Origin: Chiloscyllium plagiosum
Taxonomy: Eukaryota
Reading direction: 5' to 3'
Assembly (NCBI RefSeq): GCF_004010195.1
Contig: NC_057754.1
Coordinates: 2,137,238-2,201,237 of the forward strand
DNA length: 64,000 nt
Part shown: positions 1 through 11,805 of the stretch, piece after piece
How the letters are laid out: each line of letters opens with the position of its first letter
Position numbering within the stretch: position 1 is the stretch's first letter
Position numbers and translations under genes: made by a program
Notes under the pieces: generated by a model
Told to the model about the DNA's origin: nothing
Databases searched by the model: none
What the model saw: only the letters and a program-made list of their open reading frames with translations

Positions 1-175
1 AGGTCATCAGCTCATCTTCTTTCACTAACACACATAAACTAAGGGTGAACTGGCTTCTAACCTCTGTTCTTGGACATTCTTGTTGAGGGGAAGACACAAG
101 ACATGTTTCTCACCAAGACTACTGTCTTTTCTTCCATTGTGTATAGTCTGAGATCACTCAGGAGATTAGGATTAA

Positions 176-280
176 ATAAAACAAAGAAGTGTAGGGCTGG
201 AGATCTGAAAGAAACAAAGACAGAAATTGCTGGAGAAACTCAGCAGGACTGCAGCATCTCTGAAGAGAAAAATGACAACA
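176..280. mobile_element. PLE-derived terminal fragment (family cagaaattgctggagaaactcagcagg)
   Basis: Same arm sequence as the copies at 19985-20085, 26355-26525 and 47090-47290, which lead into a hammerhead-like core. Confidence 0.6.
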
Positions 281-554
281 TTTCATGTCTTCAACACTTC
301 AGAAACTTCTCCAGCAATTTGTTTTTATTTGTCCCCGGAGATAACAGCTCAATTTATAGTGCAATACCCCCTTTTGAGTTCATCCCTTTGAAGCTTTGAC
401 ATCAGGTGTGACATTGTGGGGTCTCTCTCTCCCTAAAGTGCCACTGAATTTAAATCTGCACAAATTTGTTTGGCTGTAGCAGTCCTTTGTTTAAAAAATA
501 CACTTGGAATTAGAAGTTCCAAATGCCTGTAGGTGATCCTGGGTTGCAACCTGT

Positions 555-760
555 AGTTAGAATCACAGAATCCCTACAGTGTGGAAGCAGGTATTTGGCC
601 CATTGGGTCCACACCAACCTTCGAAAGAGCATCCTACGCAGACCCATTCTCCCTACACCCTCCCTATAACCCTGCATTTCCCATGGCTAACGCACCTAGC
701 CTGCACATCCCTAGACAATATGGGCAATTTAGCTTGACCAATCAGTCTGCACATCTTTGG
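555..760 (-). mobile_element. HE1-type SINE, 3' half
   Basis: Reverse complement matches the HE1 body and tail (ccaaagatgtgcag...gctaaattgccc...ggcc...ccacactgtaggga) of the full copies in this window. Confidence 0.8.
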
Positions 761-1229
761 ACACCCAATATGAGTCCCCCTTCCTTTCAAAGTCAATTAT
801 TCCTTGAAAGGTAAGAACCAAAGTGTGATAAAGGAGCAAAGAAATTTGGAAATGCAGAGCAGAAATTGCTCAAGGAAAAATAAATTGGAAAAAAAAATCA
901 CTAATATCAATGACAGAGGAAGAATAATTTAATTCACCTCTCCTTGTCCATAATTAAAGCTTATGTAAGCCACTTTGGAAAATAAAGTACGAAGATTATA
1001 AATTTAAGAAATCACAGTGAATATTCCAACAATTTCTCATTGTAGCTGTGAAAGCAAATGGTTGAATGTTCCTTCTATGTTGTTCTGCAATATGGCACTT
1101 GGTAATGAGAAAGATTGGTGCTTCTCATTAGATGTTAGGTCACCTATCACAATATTATATTATAACCTATCAATCTAACCTGACAGCTAGTGATATGTAC
1201 ATTCAGTAAATAAATTTGGAATATAACAC

Positions 1230-1492
1230 TCATCTCAGTAATGGTGATCCTGACAAGTATCATCAGTTGTTCTAAAATCCCATCTGGTTTTCCAGTGTTC
1301 TCATGGGAAGGAAATCTGCTGTACTTACCAGGGCTGGCCTAATCATGACTTTAGTGATTGACAATGTGACTGACTTTAAACTACCTTCTGAAATAGTCTA
1401 GCAAGTTACTCAGTTCAAGAGCAATAAGGGATGGGCAACAGATGTTGGCCTTGTCAGAGACACCTACATCTGCTGACAGAATGAAGAAAAAA
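1230..1492 (+). mobile_element. Shark tRNA-derived SINE with LINE-shared tail (3' part)
   Basis: ggaaggaaatctgc...gggatgggcaacagatgttggcc...; homologous to 38700-39010, 44525-45090 and 45660-46110. Confidence 0.6.
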
Positions 1493-3785
1493 AGGTGGTT
1501 AGTTGGCTCAGCTGACTAGAATAGAGCTTTGCAGGTGGAGCCAGTTCAATTCTTATATAGACTGTAGTCAATCATGGAGCCCTGCCTCCTTGTCAGTTCT
1601 TCTATGTTACTGCAGAATGGTGCCCCAGAGGCTTTATAATCAGCTTGTGGTTCATCGTGGCCTACAGCGAATTAACAAATCATAATTGAATAGCCCCTCC
1701 AACCCCCCCAACTTTCATTACTACAATGCTCAATGTTTTATGACTTCTCATTATCTAATATACTTTCAGGTTCAATACTATTCTTCCCTGAGTGTGTTAC
1801 TGCCTATCAGAATCAAGAGTTTGGCTAATAGGGGAAGCTGGATAAAGTAACATATTGATCCTTGTTGGGCATTCCTTTTAAGAGGCTCAAGCTTCAAGCT
1901 TTAGTTCTGGCTTGTATAGCTGTTATTGACTCCCTCTGGATGGTCTCCTCCTGTGACATTGATTTTGTATCTTTCTAAATTCTCTGCCTTTAAGTGGAAT
2001 TATTAATTTTCCTTTTCTTCATGAGGATGGTGGCGGTTCCACAAGACACTAGGATCCTAATTGGGAACCTAACCCCCAAGTACTCGTGCTTTATTTGACT
2101 AGACAGCAATTACATCTTTACAGGCAGAATAAAAGAATACTGTTGAGATATGGGAACTCTGAAAACATGTGTTTTCTGTGGCTGAGCTCATATCAATTAA
2201 TCTGCTAAGTTTTATCGCTCAAAAAATGGATTCTACTCACAAACTTCGAAGGGCTCAATATTTTAAATAATGTGGATACTTTGAAGCAACTTGATTGACC
2301 TCCACAGCAGACTTTTATGAGCTGTGTGCTGTATTCATTACCTCGAAGCACCAGCCTTGCTTCTTGATCATTTGTTAATGGCAGTGTACTTTGTACCTCA
2401 TTGACTGGATGGACTAACAAAATAAAATGATTGGAGTGCCCCCATTAGATAGGAAACCAAGTGAAAATACACTACTCTGCACAGTTCAATTTTGTAATTC
2501 AACATATCTTGTTAATTGAAGAGGCTGATGTGCCAAGGCGCTGATCAATACAATCATTAAGAGTCTTGGCATTACCCACATCCTGACTGGAGTTCAGAGC
2601 ATAGGTGGCAAAATCTATTTCTTTCAGGATTCCTCTGAATGTACACTCCCCGTGAAGAAATGGTATAAATCGATACATGGGCACAATTATAACTGCTGAA
2701 AGTGGCTGAGGTCAGTCAGCAGTAATGACAGTAGCTACCACTTGGCACATACTCACAATGTTCATATGCACTGGTACCACGTTGACACAATAAGCAGTTA
2801 ATTCTGTGAAGGACCTTTGTGGGAAGATAGTGTTATGAGCTGTGAAGTGTACCTCAAAATCAAGGCTCAGAGGTATGAACATCATTACAATACCGAGAAT
2901 CATAGAATGGTTGCATCACAGAACGATACCATTTGACCCATCAAGTCTGTGTAGCTCTCTGCAAGACCAACTCAGCAAATCCCATTCCTCCATCCTTTCC
3001 TTATAGCTTGGATTGTTTTTTCTGTTCAGATGCTTATGCAACTGTCTTTCAAAAGCCATGATCAAACCTGCTGCCACCAGCATTCTCAGTTAGTGTACTC
3101 CAGATCCTAACTATTTGCTGAAAAAAATTGTTTTTGCTCATGCTGCGTCGGCCCTTGAGTCAATCACCTTAAATCAGTGTCCTCCAGTTCTTAACCTTAT
3201 AATTAGTGATGGTAAATAATTCAAATGCTTCAACACCATGTAAAGGGAAGTCATTGTAATTGATAGCCATGTTTATTCCTGAACCTTGCTGGAAGGTAGG
3301 GGCATAGACTCTGACATTTTGGCTTCTTGAAGAAGCAGTTCACTATCAGAATGTTTAAAGTTGGGATACCTGTGCCCTGAACTAACGCGTGCCACAGATT
3401 GGTGGGTATTAGATATTTTACTGCAGGTAGATTTTGAAGATGCTGTTTTACCTTCTCTAGACCTTTATATCCTGCAGCATCATGTTATTTCCTGAATCAC
3501 TGCCATCCTCCTTGAATCAGAAGCAAACCTGACACCTCCCATTTGTTCAAATGATATATGGTAAGCTGACCATGGAAACAATGACCTGTGTGGTTCTTCC
3601 TCCAGTGGAGTGCCACCTGGCACTGTCCTGTCTCTTTTTGAGGGAGGGTAATCTGGATAGCACGCTGGGTTCCTTATTGCCTTGTACCATGCCTTCATTC
3701 CTGAGGACCAGTAGCTGGGCCAATGGAGTGCAGGTGTATGCCCTGCAGACTGTGAGGGTGCTGGACCTGGCACTCCATGGTAGCT

Positions 3786-3972
3786 AGGAGAAAGTGAGGA
3801 CTGCAGATGCTGGAGTCCAGAGTTGAAAAATGTGGTGCTGGAAAAACACAGCAGGCCAGGCAGCATCCGAGGAACATGAGAATCGACATTTCAGGCTGAA
3901 GAAGGGCTTATGCCCGAAACGTCGATTCTCCTGTTCCTTGGTTGCTGTGTTTTTCCAGCACTACATTTTTCA
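3786..3972. mobile_element. Hairpin PLE mini-insertion with hammerhead-like core
   Basis: Inverted arms gagttgaaaaatgtggtgctggaaaaacacagc / gctgtgtttttccagcactacatttttcaactc; core CTGAAGA-A-GGGC-TTAT-GCCC-GAAAC-GTC at 3896-3923; 14 bp TSD actccatggtagct at 3772-3785 and 3973-3986. Confidence 0.85.
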
Positions 3973-4199
3973 ACTCCATGGTAGCTGCCAACCTGTGTAT
4001 GCAGGCAGCCAGACAGTCACATGCTTGGAGCAGTTGAGTCCCCATAACATAGCTGCATTCTTGTAGCCTCTGGGCAATGTGGCCCATTACATCCCACATA
4101 CTGTCTGCTGCTCCTGTTGCACCCTGTTCATGTGAACTAAGTCCCTGATTGATGTTACCACAGGGTTCTGCCTGTGGTTAAGCAGCTACCTCATCTCCA

Positions 4200-5080
4200 G
4201 CAGCCTTCTGAATGCCAATGGCCTGGAACTTTGCTTACTCTGCCAGATGTGGAGCTGTCTCAGTAACATGCTCACCAAATTGTGCTTTCAAACTTTCTAA
4301 ATCTGGAGTTCGTACCAAAGTGTCAGCTTCTGACTTGGTGGGAATGCATGAAGCAGCCTTGTTCTGAGGCCTCAGTACTTCCATCGTCAGGCAACAAGGA
4401 GGTGGTTTCTAGCAGGGCAGGCTTTTTCTCCACTGAAGCTTGTAGACATGTGCAAGACAGAAGAGAGAGAAAGCATTGCGGCCAATGGGTTGGACAGCGT
4501 GCAATGAATGGGGTCATTGTGAGAGATGAAGCAGAATAAAGAATGGTACTTACCCAGTTATGAGACTTGGATGTTTTGGCATCCTTGCAGGAATGGTCCT
4601 GGTCTTCTTCTGCAAGGGACAGGATTCTGTCCAAATTGTGGGTGAGGAGCCTGATATCGAGTCCTTATCCACCTGTCCAGGTACTTCCTGCACCATTATG
4701 GGCTGTCCTTTCCTATAATTGGGAGAAAGGGAGGGATTCAGTGAGAAGAAAATAGATGGCACGGCTGTTAGTGTTGTTTAGGTGGTCAAGAGGTGTTCCG
4801 GTGTTCCGAAGGAGTGAGTAAAGAGCACAGAGGACATGCAGATAAGTGATGTCGGAGATTGGGAGGTGAGCAAGAGCAAGTGAGAGACGATGTTGCAGGG
4901 AGTAGTCAGAATAGCAGAGCATGAGCCTTGGTGGGTGTTGAATGCATAAAGAGAGAGGCAGGTAGAGTATGAGGCTGCAGCAGAAAAGGTCAGTGACCTT
5001 CTTGCAGTTATCAGGCTGCCAAGGTGTGGTATCACTGAGCACGGCAGCTTTGGAATGCCATTCATTGTCCGGACACATAG
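4200..5080 (-). pseudogene. Degenerate PIF/Harbinger Myb/SANT-like gene relic with intron-exon remnants
   Basis: Minus-strand translation CKKVTDL (~5000), then acceptor ttatag|ERTAHNGAGSTWTGG*GLDIRLLT...LSLAEEDQDHSCKD|gtaagt (4712-4554); resembles the C-terminal CRKKxNDL...AHNxxExxxTGGG of Harbinger Myb/SANT proteins; assigned from memory, not searched. Confidence 0.5.
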
Positions 5081-6199
5081 CATCCTTTTAAATAGGGCGC
5101 GGATGCCAGAGATGCTGCATCAGATTTTCACTCAATATGAGTTGTTCTGCAAAGGGCATTTGGTAAGAAGGGGCAGGAATTGAAAGAGACGGATTTTATC
5201 AGAACAGGATAGGTCATTAATAAGGTGGGTTTGGTGCCTTGCAGCAAAGAATATCGCTGGCCTTTGCAGAGATGAAGCCTCCAAAATGCTCGATTCAACT
5301 GGGACTTTGCCAAAAAAAATTGGAAGATTCAGCTCTCTGTTTCTCTTTCTCCACTTGCTGCTAGACTGTCTGAGTTTGTCCAGCACTTCCTGTTTTAAAA
5401 CTTTCAGCATGTTTTTAATACAGAATTCCTTGTTTTTGTTGACATCTTTGTTGTCAATCCAGAGAATGAGAAACGGGTTTGCTATCAGTGATTTTAGAGT
5501 TTCTGCATGCTCATGTCTTTCAACATTGTAGCAGAAAAAGATTCCAAAATTTTTTCAAAACTTTCTTCCGATTTATCTTTTGGCAGAACGTCAGTGTGCT
5601 CATGTTTCACTGATTCCGACACTTGTAGCAACAGCAGAGAAAGCAACAGTGTATTTACAGTTAGTTCTCTGCAATGGCAGCACTTTTTAATGCCACTTCC
5701 TTTTGATGTTTACATTGTACATTGTCTAATTCCACCGAACATGTCCTGTTATACTGTGCTTTGACTAGTGTGATATGAGATTGCTACAGGTTGAATTGTG
5801 CAGGATGACATTGATGTAATTTGAACTGTGTGGCATATTGCTGTAGTTTAGGGATTGTGGTTGATTCTTCATTGTGCTGCATTACTGGGCCATTTGCAGG
5901 TATTCCCTCAGTTGTTACTTTAAGGATAAAGGGTCACGTAAAAGCCTTGAAGACGTCAGTTGGAAGACTAGCAGAGAGAGGTCGTATTTCTGAAGTGAAG
6001 ATAAAAGGAAGAGGAGGAAGTGTCATATATGAGCCCTGTCTGACAGGACAGTTCCCTCAACATGCAATTACATTTGAAAAGAAATATAAACACACCATTT
6101 TCTTGCTTGTACATCTCTTTTTCTCAGAATAGAAAGTGATGTTCCTGTAACTGGGGCGAGCTACCAATTACTCCATGATTACAAAATTCATTTAATACA

Positions 6200-6541
6200 A
6201 TCCCTATAGTGCTGAAGCAAGCCAATTGGTCCATCGAATCCACATCGACCCTCTGAAGACCATTCCACCCAGACCTCCTACCCTAGCCCTGTAACCCTGG
6301 ATTTCCCATGGCTAACCCACCTAGCCTGCACATCCCTAGACACTTCGGGCAATTTAGCATGGCCAATCCACCCTAACCTGCCCATCTTTGGACTGTGGGA
6401 GGCAACCAGAGCACCTGGAGGAAATCCACACAGATACAGGAAGAATGAGTAAACTCCACACAGTCACCCGAGGCTGGAATCAAACCCGGATCCCTGGTTC
6501 TGTGAGGCAGCAGTGCTAACCACTGAGCCACTGTGCCGCCC
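6200..6541 (-). mobile_element. HE1-type V-SINE, full length
   Basis: Reverse complement begins gggcggcacagtggctcagtggttagcactgctgcctcac (A box), then gggtttgattcc (B box), V-domain and HER1-like tail. Confidence 0.9.
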
Positions 6542-6867
6542 TTGCTGTAAGCAACCCAAAAGCCTGAAAAGTTTTCAGTCAAAATATAATTTTTTCAGAT
6601 ACTGGCAACTGTGATTAGATTAATTTAGGTTATCTGATCAGCGCAGACGGGATGGACCAAAGGGTTTGTTTTCATCCTGCAGGGCTCCATAATTGTTGAC
6701 ATCGTTCAAACTGTCTGTTTTTTGTAGATATTTCTTTGTTGTGCATGTTTCCTGAAGGTATTTTGTAAAATAGAATGTGATTAAATACTTTTTCAGTTTG
6801 TTTTAGTTGCCATTAACATGGCTTCAGTTTCTCTGTCCCCTTTTTTAATGCTTTCTCCTTCTCAACA

Positions 6868-7230
6868 GCAAGTATTTGCATTCTTGTAGCACCTTTAACA
6901 CTGCAATATGCTGTTTCACATGGGTATTGTCGAATAACACATGGCATTATGCGACAAAGAAGGGAATTAGGACAGGTGACCAGAATCTTGGTCAATGAGG
7001 TAGGTTTTAAGGAGCGTCTTAAAGGTGGAGAGAGAGGTTTAGGGAAGGAATTCCAGAGCTTACGGGCCAATCAGCTGAAGACACGATCTCCAAGGGTGGA
7101 GCAATTAAAACAGGGTATGTGAATTGGAGAACTGCCAAGGTTTCTGGACGAGCTAACAGAGAAAGAGAGGGTTCAAGGAGTCCACGGAGGATTTTGAAAA
7201 CAAAGATGAGAACTTTAAAATTGAAGCCAT
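6868..7230 (-). mobile_element. L2-group LINE 3' fragment
   Basis: gaggtaggttttaaggagcgtcttaaagg...gggaaggaattccagagc is an L2-type 3' coding end; tail resembles the Deu-SINE tail; related piece at 42165-42345. Confidence 0.55.
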
Positions 7231-7549
7231 CTCCCTACATGTCTTTTCCAAATTCTCTGTGTGTGCTATCTTATAGCAAACACTGACTCGCAGGTGTCTC
7301 AGTATCTTCCTCCAACTCTGTCATTGCTCCTGTGGAGCATTGTTACTTCGTGTTCCCTTCCTGATACCTGACGGATCAGATGTCAAGCTGAATATCCTAT
7401 GCAAAATTTATGGAGACTAGGTTTACAAGCAAATTACACTGAAAGAGGCCATTTCACCCAAACATGTCCCTGCTGAAGTTTACGCTCCTCTGAGCCTCTT
7501 TTCGCCAAATTCATTCCACAATTTCAACACATCCTTCTATTCCTTTCTT

Positions 7550-9066
7550 TCTCTTTATGGGAGGCTAAGGAGGAAATTGTGAAGCTCCTAGCAGAGATAT
7601 TTGTATCATCAACAACCACAGGTGAAGTATCCGAAGATTGGAGAGTAGCAAATGTTGTGCCATTATTTAAGAAGAGCTGCAGGGAAATGCCTGGGAACTA
7701 TAGACTGATGAGCCTTATCTCAATGGTGGGTAAGATGTTAGAGGGGATTCTGAGAGACAGGCATTTGGAGAGGCAAGGACTCATTTAGGATGGTCAGTGT
7801 GGTTTTGTAAATAGGAAATTGTGTCCCACGAATTTGAATTAAGTTTTTTTGAAGGGGGTGACCAAGAAAGTAGATGAGGCAAATGCAGTAGATGTTGTCT
7901 ACATGGACTTTAGCAAGGCCTTCAACAAGATAGTTGAAACTTTATTGCTGGAACAGCACAGCAGGTCTGGCAGCATCCAGGGAACAGGAGATTCGACGTT
8001 TCGGGCACAGGCCCTTCTTCAACAAGATACTACATGGTGGGTTGTTGAGTAAGGTTAAATCTCATGAGATCCAGGGACAGCTAGCTAAATGGTTACAAAC
8101 TTGGTTTGAAGGTGGAGACAGGGTGGTGGTCGACGGTTGTTTTTCAAACTGGAGGCCTGTGACCAGCGGTGTGCCACGCGCATTTGTACTGGGTCACTGT
8201 TATTTTTTAGGTATATAAATGATTTGAATGAGAAATTAGTGGATATGATGGGTACGTTTGCAGATAACACCATGATTGATGGTATAATGGACAGTAAAGA
8301 ATGTTATCTGGGAATGCAGTGAGATCTTGATCAATTGGGTCAGTGGGCTAAGAATTGGCATATGAAGTTTAATTTAGATGTGGTGTTGCATTTTGGTAGG
8401 TCAAACTAGGGCAGAACTTATACAGTCAATGGTAGGGTCGTGGGGAGTGAGAACAAAGAGATCAAGGGCTACAGGTTCATAGCTGTATGGAAAGTGGAGT
8501 CACAGGTAGACAGGGTGTTGAAGAAGGCTTCCGGCATGCTTGCTTTCATCGGTCAGAGCATTGAGTATAGGAGTTGAAATGTCTTGTTGCAGCTGTGCAA
8601 GACTATTTTAAGGATATAATTAAACTGGAAAAAGTACAGATAAGATTTACTAGGATGCTACCTGGACTGGAAGGTTTGAGTTATAAGGAGATGCTGGATA
8701 GGCTGGGACTTTTTCTCTGGAGCGTCGAAGACTGAGGGATGACCTTGTAGAGAGAGGTATTTTCCACATGGTAGCGGAGTCTAAAACTAGAAGGCATAGG
8801 CTTAAGGTGAGAAGAGGGAGATACAAAAGGTTTGAGAGGGGCAATCTTTTCACACAGAATATGATGGATCGAGCTGCCAGAGATAGATTTGGAGGCGAGT
8901 ACAATTTTGTCATTTAAGATACATTTGGACAGGTACATAGATGGAATAGGTGTGGAGGGATGTGAATCAAATGCAGGCAAATGGGACTAATTTAATTATG
9001 AAAACTGGGCAGCATGGAACAAGTTGGGTTGAAGGGCTTGCTTCCATGCTGTAAACCTTTATGACT
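7550..9066 (+). mobile_element. CR1/HER1 LINE, 5'-truncated degenerate RT region and 3' UTR
   Basis: DWRVANVVPLFKK, PGNYR, VDVVYMDFSKAFNKI, WRPVTSGVP, YINDL, FADNT; many stops and frameshifts; HER1-type tail. Confidence 0.92.
7933..8016 (-). mobile_element. PLE mini-insertion inside the CR1 RT
   Basis: 13 bp TSD cttcaacaagata (7920-7932, 8017-8029); removing it restores DFSKAFNKILHG; contains minus-strand (T)TGAAGA-A-GGGC-CTGT-GCCC-GAAAC-GTC. Confidence 0.85.
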
Positions 9067-9766
9067 CCTTCACTTATCCCGCTTCTACTTAAATGTATCT
9101 ATGTTGCTAGCAACTTTAAACTTATTTACAGAGGATTGTGATACAAATACTTTTGCAGTGTTACCTGGAGAAAAGTCAGAACCTGTGTTGAAATTGCAGA
9201 TGTTCGACTGACAATTTAACATCTTAAAGCATAAATAAATAATCTCTTTGAACCATGCAGGGACACCCAGCCAAGGCGATAATCAGGCTGAAAAGAATAA
9301 TGGATTGTTTATTTGTTTGAAACACCCCTTCTGCCTGCCACTATTTCATATTTGCATATAGAATGGTCCACACACATTAATTTCCACTTCACAACTGTAA
9401 AGGAACCAAACTCTCCCAAATTACTGTCAGTGCAGCAGGAATAATTCAATGGAAAATTAACATATTGAGTCAGTGTTGGCCTCCTTACTGCAGTTGTTTC
9501 AAAAGCTGCTCATGTCCAACAACCTTCAGCAGCTCATCTCTCGACAGCATTTTTCCTGATCAAATTTTTTCTTTCACCACAGACAAGTATTACAAACAGT
9601 GCGAGACTTTGATATTTTGTGAAGTACAAAAGTTAATGCACAGTTCTAATTTTGATTTTTAGAAGCAAGAATTTTCTCAGGTCTAAATTTAAAATTCTGA
9701 TACATAACCAACAATTGTTTTCTGGAGAAAGGTCACTCGACCTGAAATGTTAATTATACTTTCTCT

Positions 9767-10385
9767 GGGTAGCATGGTGGCTCAGTAATTAGGCAGAAGT
9801 GGGTACTGCAGATGCTGAAGGTTAGAGTCAAGATTAGAGTGGTGCTGGAAAAGTACAGCAGGTCAGGCAGCATCCAAGGAGCAGGGAAATCAATGTTTCG
9901 TGCAAAGGCCCATCATCAGGAATGAGGCTGGGAGCCTCGGGGGGGTGGAGAAATAAATGGGAAGGTAGCTGAGAGTGCAGTACGTGGATGGAGGTGGGGG
10001 TGATGGTGATAGGTCGGAGAGGACGGTGGAGCAAATAGGTGGGAAGAAAGATTGACAGGTCGGACAGGTCCACTCTAATCTTGGCTCAGTAGTTGGCACT
10101 GCTGGCTCACAGTGCCAGAGACCTCTATTCCAGTCTCGGACAACTGCGCGGAGTTTGCACGTTCTCCCTGTATCTGCGTGGGTTTCCTCTGGGTGCTCTG
10201 GTTTCCTCCCACAGTCCAAAGATGTGCAGGTAGGGGTGGATTGGACATGCTAAATTGCCCATAGTGTCCAGGGATGTACAGGCTAGGTGGGTTAGCCATA
10301 GGGAATGCAGGGTTACAGGGATAGGGACACTAAGTGTGGACTCAATGGGCCAAATGGCCTGCCCCACACTGTAGGGTTACTGTAT
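9767..10385 (+). mobile_element. HE1-type SINE interrupted by a PLE
   Basis: Head gggtagcatggtggctcagta at 9767 resumes as tggctcagtagttggcactgctg at 10082, then V-domain and tail. Confidence 0.85.
9790..10081 (-). mobile_element. PLE 3' end inserted in the SINE A box
   Basis: Duplicated tggctcagta (9778-9787, 10082-10091); decayed hammerhead on minus at ~9890-9922; short inverted cactctaatctt at the right junction. Confidence 0.8.
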
Positions 10386-10525
10386 GAGATGCTGCAAGAC
10401 CTGCTGAGTCATAGTGTCCAGGGATGTACAGGCTAGGTGGGTTAGCCATAGGGAATGCAGGGTTACAGGGTGGCCTGCCCCACACTGTAGGGTTACTGTA
10501 TGAGATGCTGCAAGACCTGCTGAGT
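10260..10525 (+). repeat. Local tandem duplication of SINE tail plus flank
   Basis: 10260-10409 is repeated at 10410-10525; the second copy lacks about 34 bp. Confidence 0.9.
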
Positions 10526-11805
10526 TTTTCCAGCAATTTTTATTTTTGTTTCTGATTTTCATTCTCTGCAGCTCTTTCTTTTTTTTAAATTACGAATGGT
10601 GCAGATAGCTGAAATTAACAGTGAATCCAAGTCTGGCAGTACCAGTGAGAGACCTGAAACCTGATAAAAAGAGACAAGCTAATTTTACAAATCAGATTGC
10701 ACTGCCAGAGTCACTGACTGTTAGAGATTTGCTTTTAGCGCAAGTGTTGTTGGATAGAAGAGACTGGAAGTTTATTGTGCAGTATATGGGCTATTGGCAG
10801 CAACGCACCTGAGAAAAGATCTAGTGTTTAACAATTGTGGACAGGGAAACAGATTTGTAGCTTCTTCGTAAACAAGGGGGCTAGATAGGTGTCTGTATGT
10901 GGGGGTCGGGGGGGAATGGGGGGAGGGCGGTGGGAGGGCCAGGGACAGTCAGTTCTTCTAACATCAGTTTTCATGGCTTTCAGCCAGTCTGCTGTAACGC
11001 ATGGCAACCGCTGCTTTAGTATAGTCCTTGTGCAAATGTGCATAGCAGTCCTTCCTGTTGCCATATCTTGAATTTTACATAAGCAAATCTCTGGCTATTG
11101 TGCCTTAAAAGGTTTCTCACACACTGAGAAAATGTACCACCCCTCCAGATGGAGTAACTCATTTGGTGAACAGAGCCACGATAGGCAGCAAGAAGAGACA
11201 AAAGCAATCTGCTAAATGAAGCTGAGGGTTTTCTTATAGACTGGTGAGACTGCCCTGGCATTGCTGCTCTTAAACAGGGGAGTAGGGTCAATGTTCCTGT
11301 CTCTCTCTGTTGTTTACTGTGGGTGGAATTTTAATGACTACTCTCGGAGCTTGTTTGGAAGCTGCAAGGGTGGGTCCACGTCAGAAATTTCCCACCCTGA
11401 AATGTCACCAATCGAGGCCCTCTAAGTGGTCAGTTAACTACTTATGGGCCTCATCCTTTGCCACAATTGGCAGGAGAGCCTAATGACATTTGGCAATTGG
11501 TGTGTATGGCAGGTAAAACTGTGTAGTCTGCTTCTGGTCCCTGAGTGATGAGTTGGGAAAGGGAGTGAGTCCCATTTTGAAAGGCATTTGGTGCCTGATT
11601 GAGGGATGCAACATCAGGATGGGGACGCACTAAGAGCCACTAATCTTTTGTTGCTGCCAACCCCCTTCAATCTGCAAAGCCCCTCCCATCATTGCGTATC
11701 TGTGTCCTGGGCTGTTTCTAAGTCCTGAGTTCTCAGTAAGTGTTCCAACACTGGCCACAGTTTCCACATTTAAAAGAGCTGCTGCTACCAGATAAGCCAG
11801 TAGCT

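Noticed and set aside
2628..2700. Terminal exon DSSECTLPVKKWYKSIHGHNYNC*
   Set aside because: Acceptor is plausible, but there is no recognisable homology or upstream partner exon.
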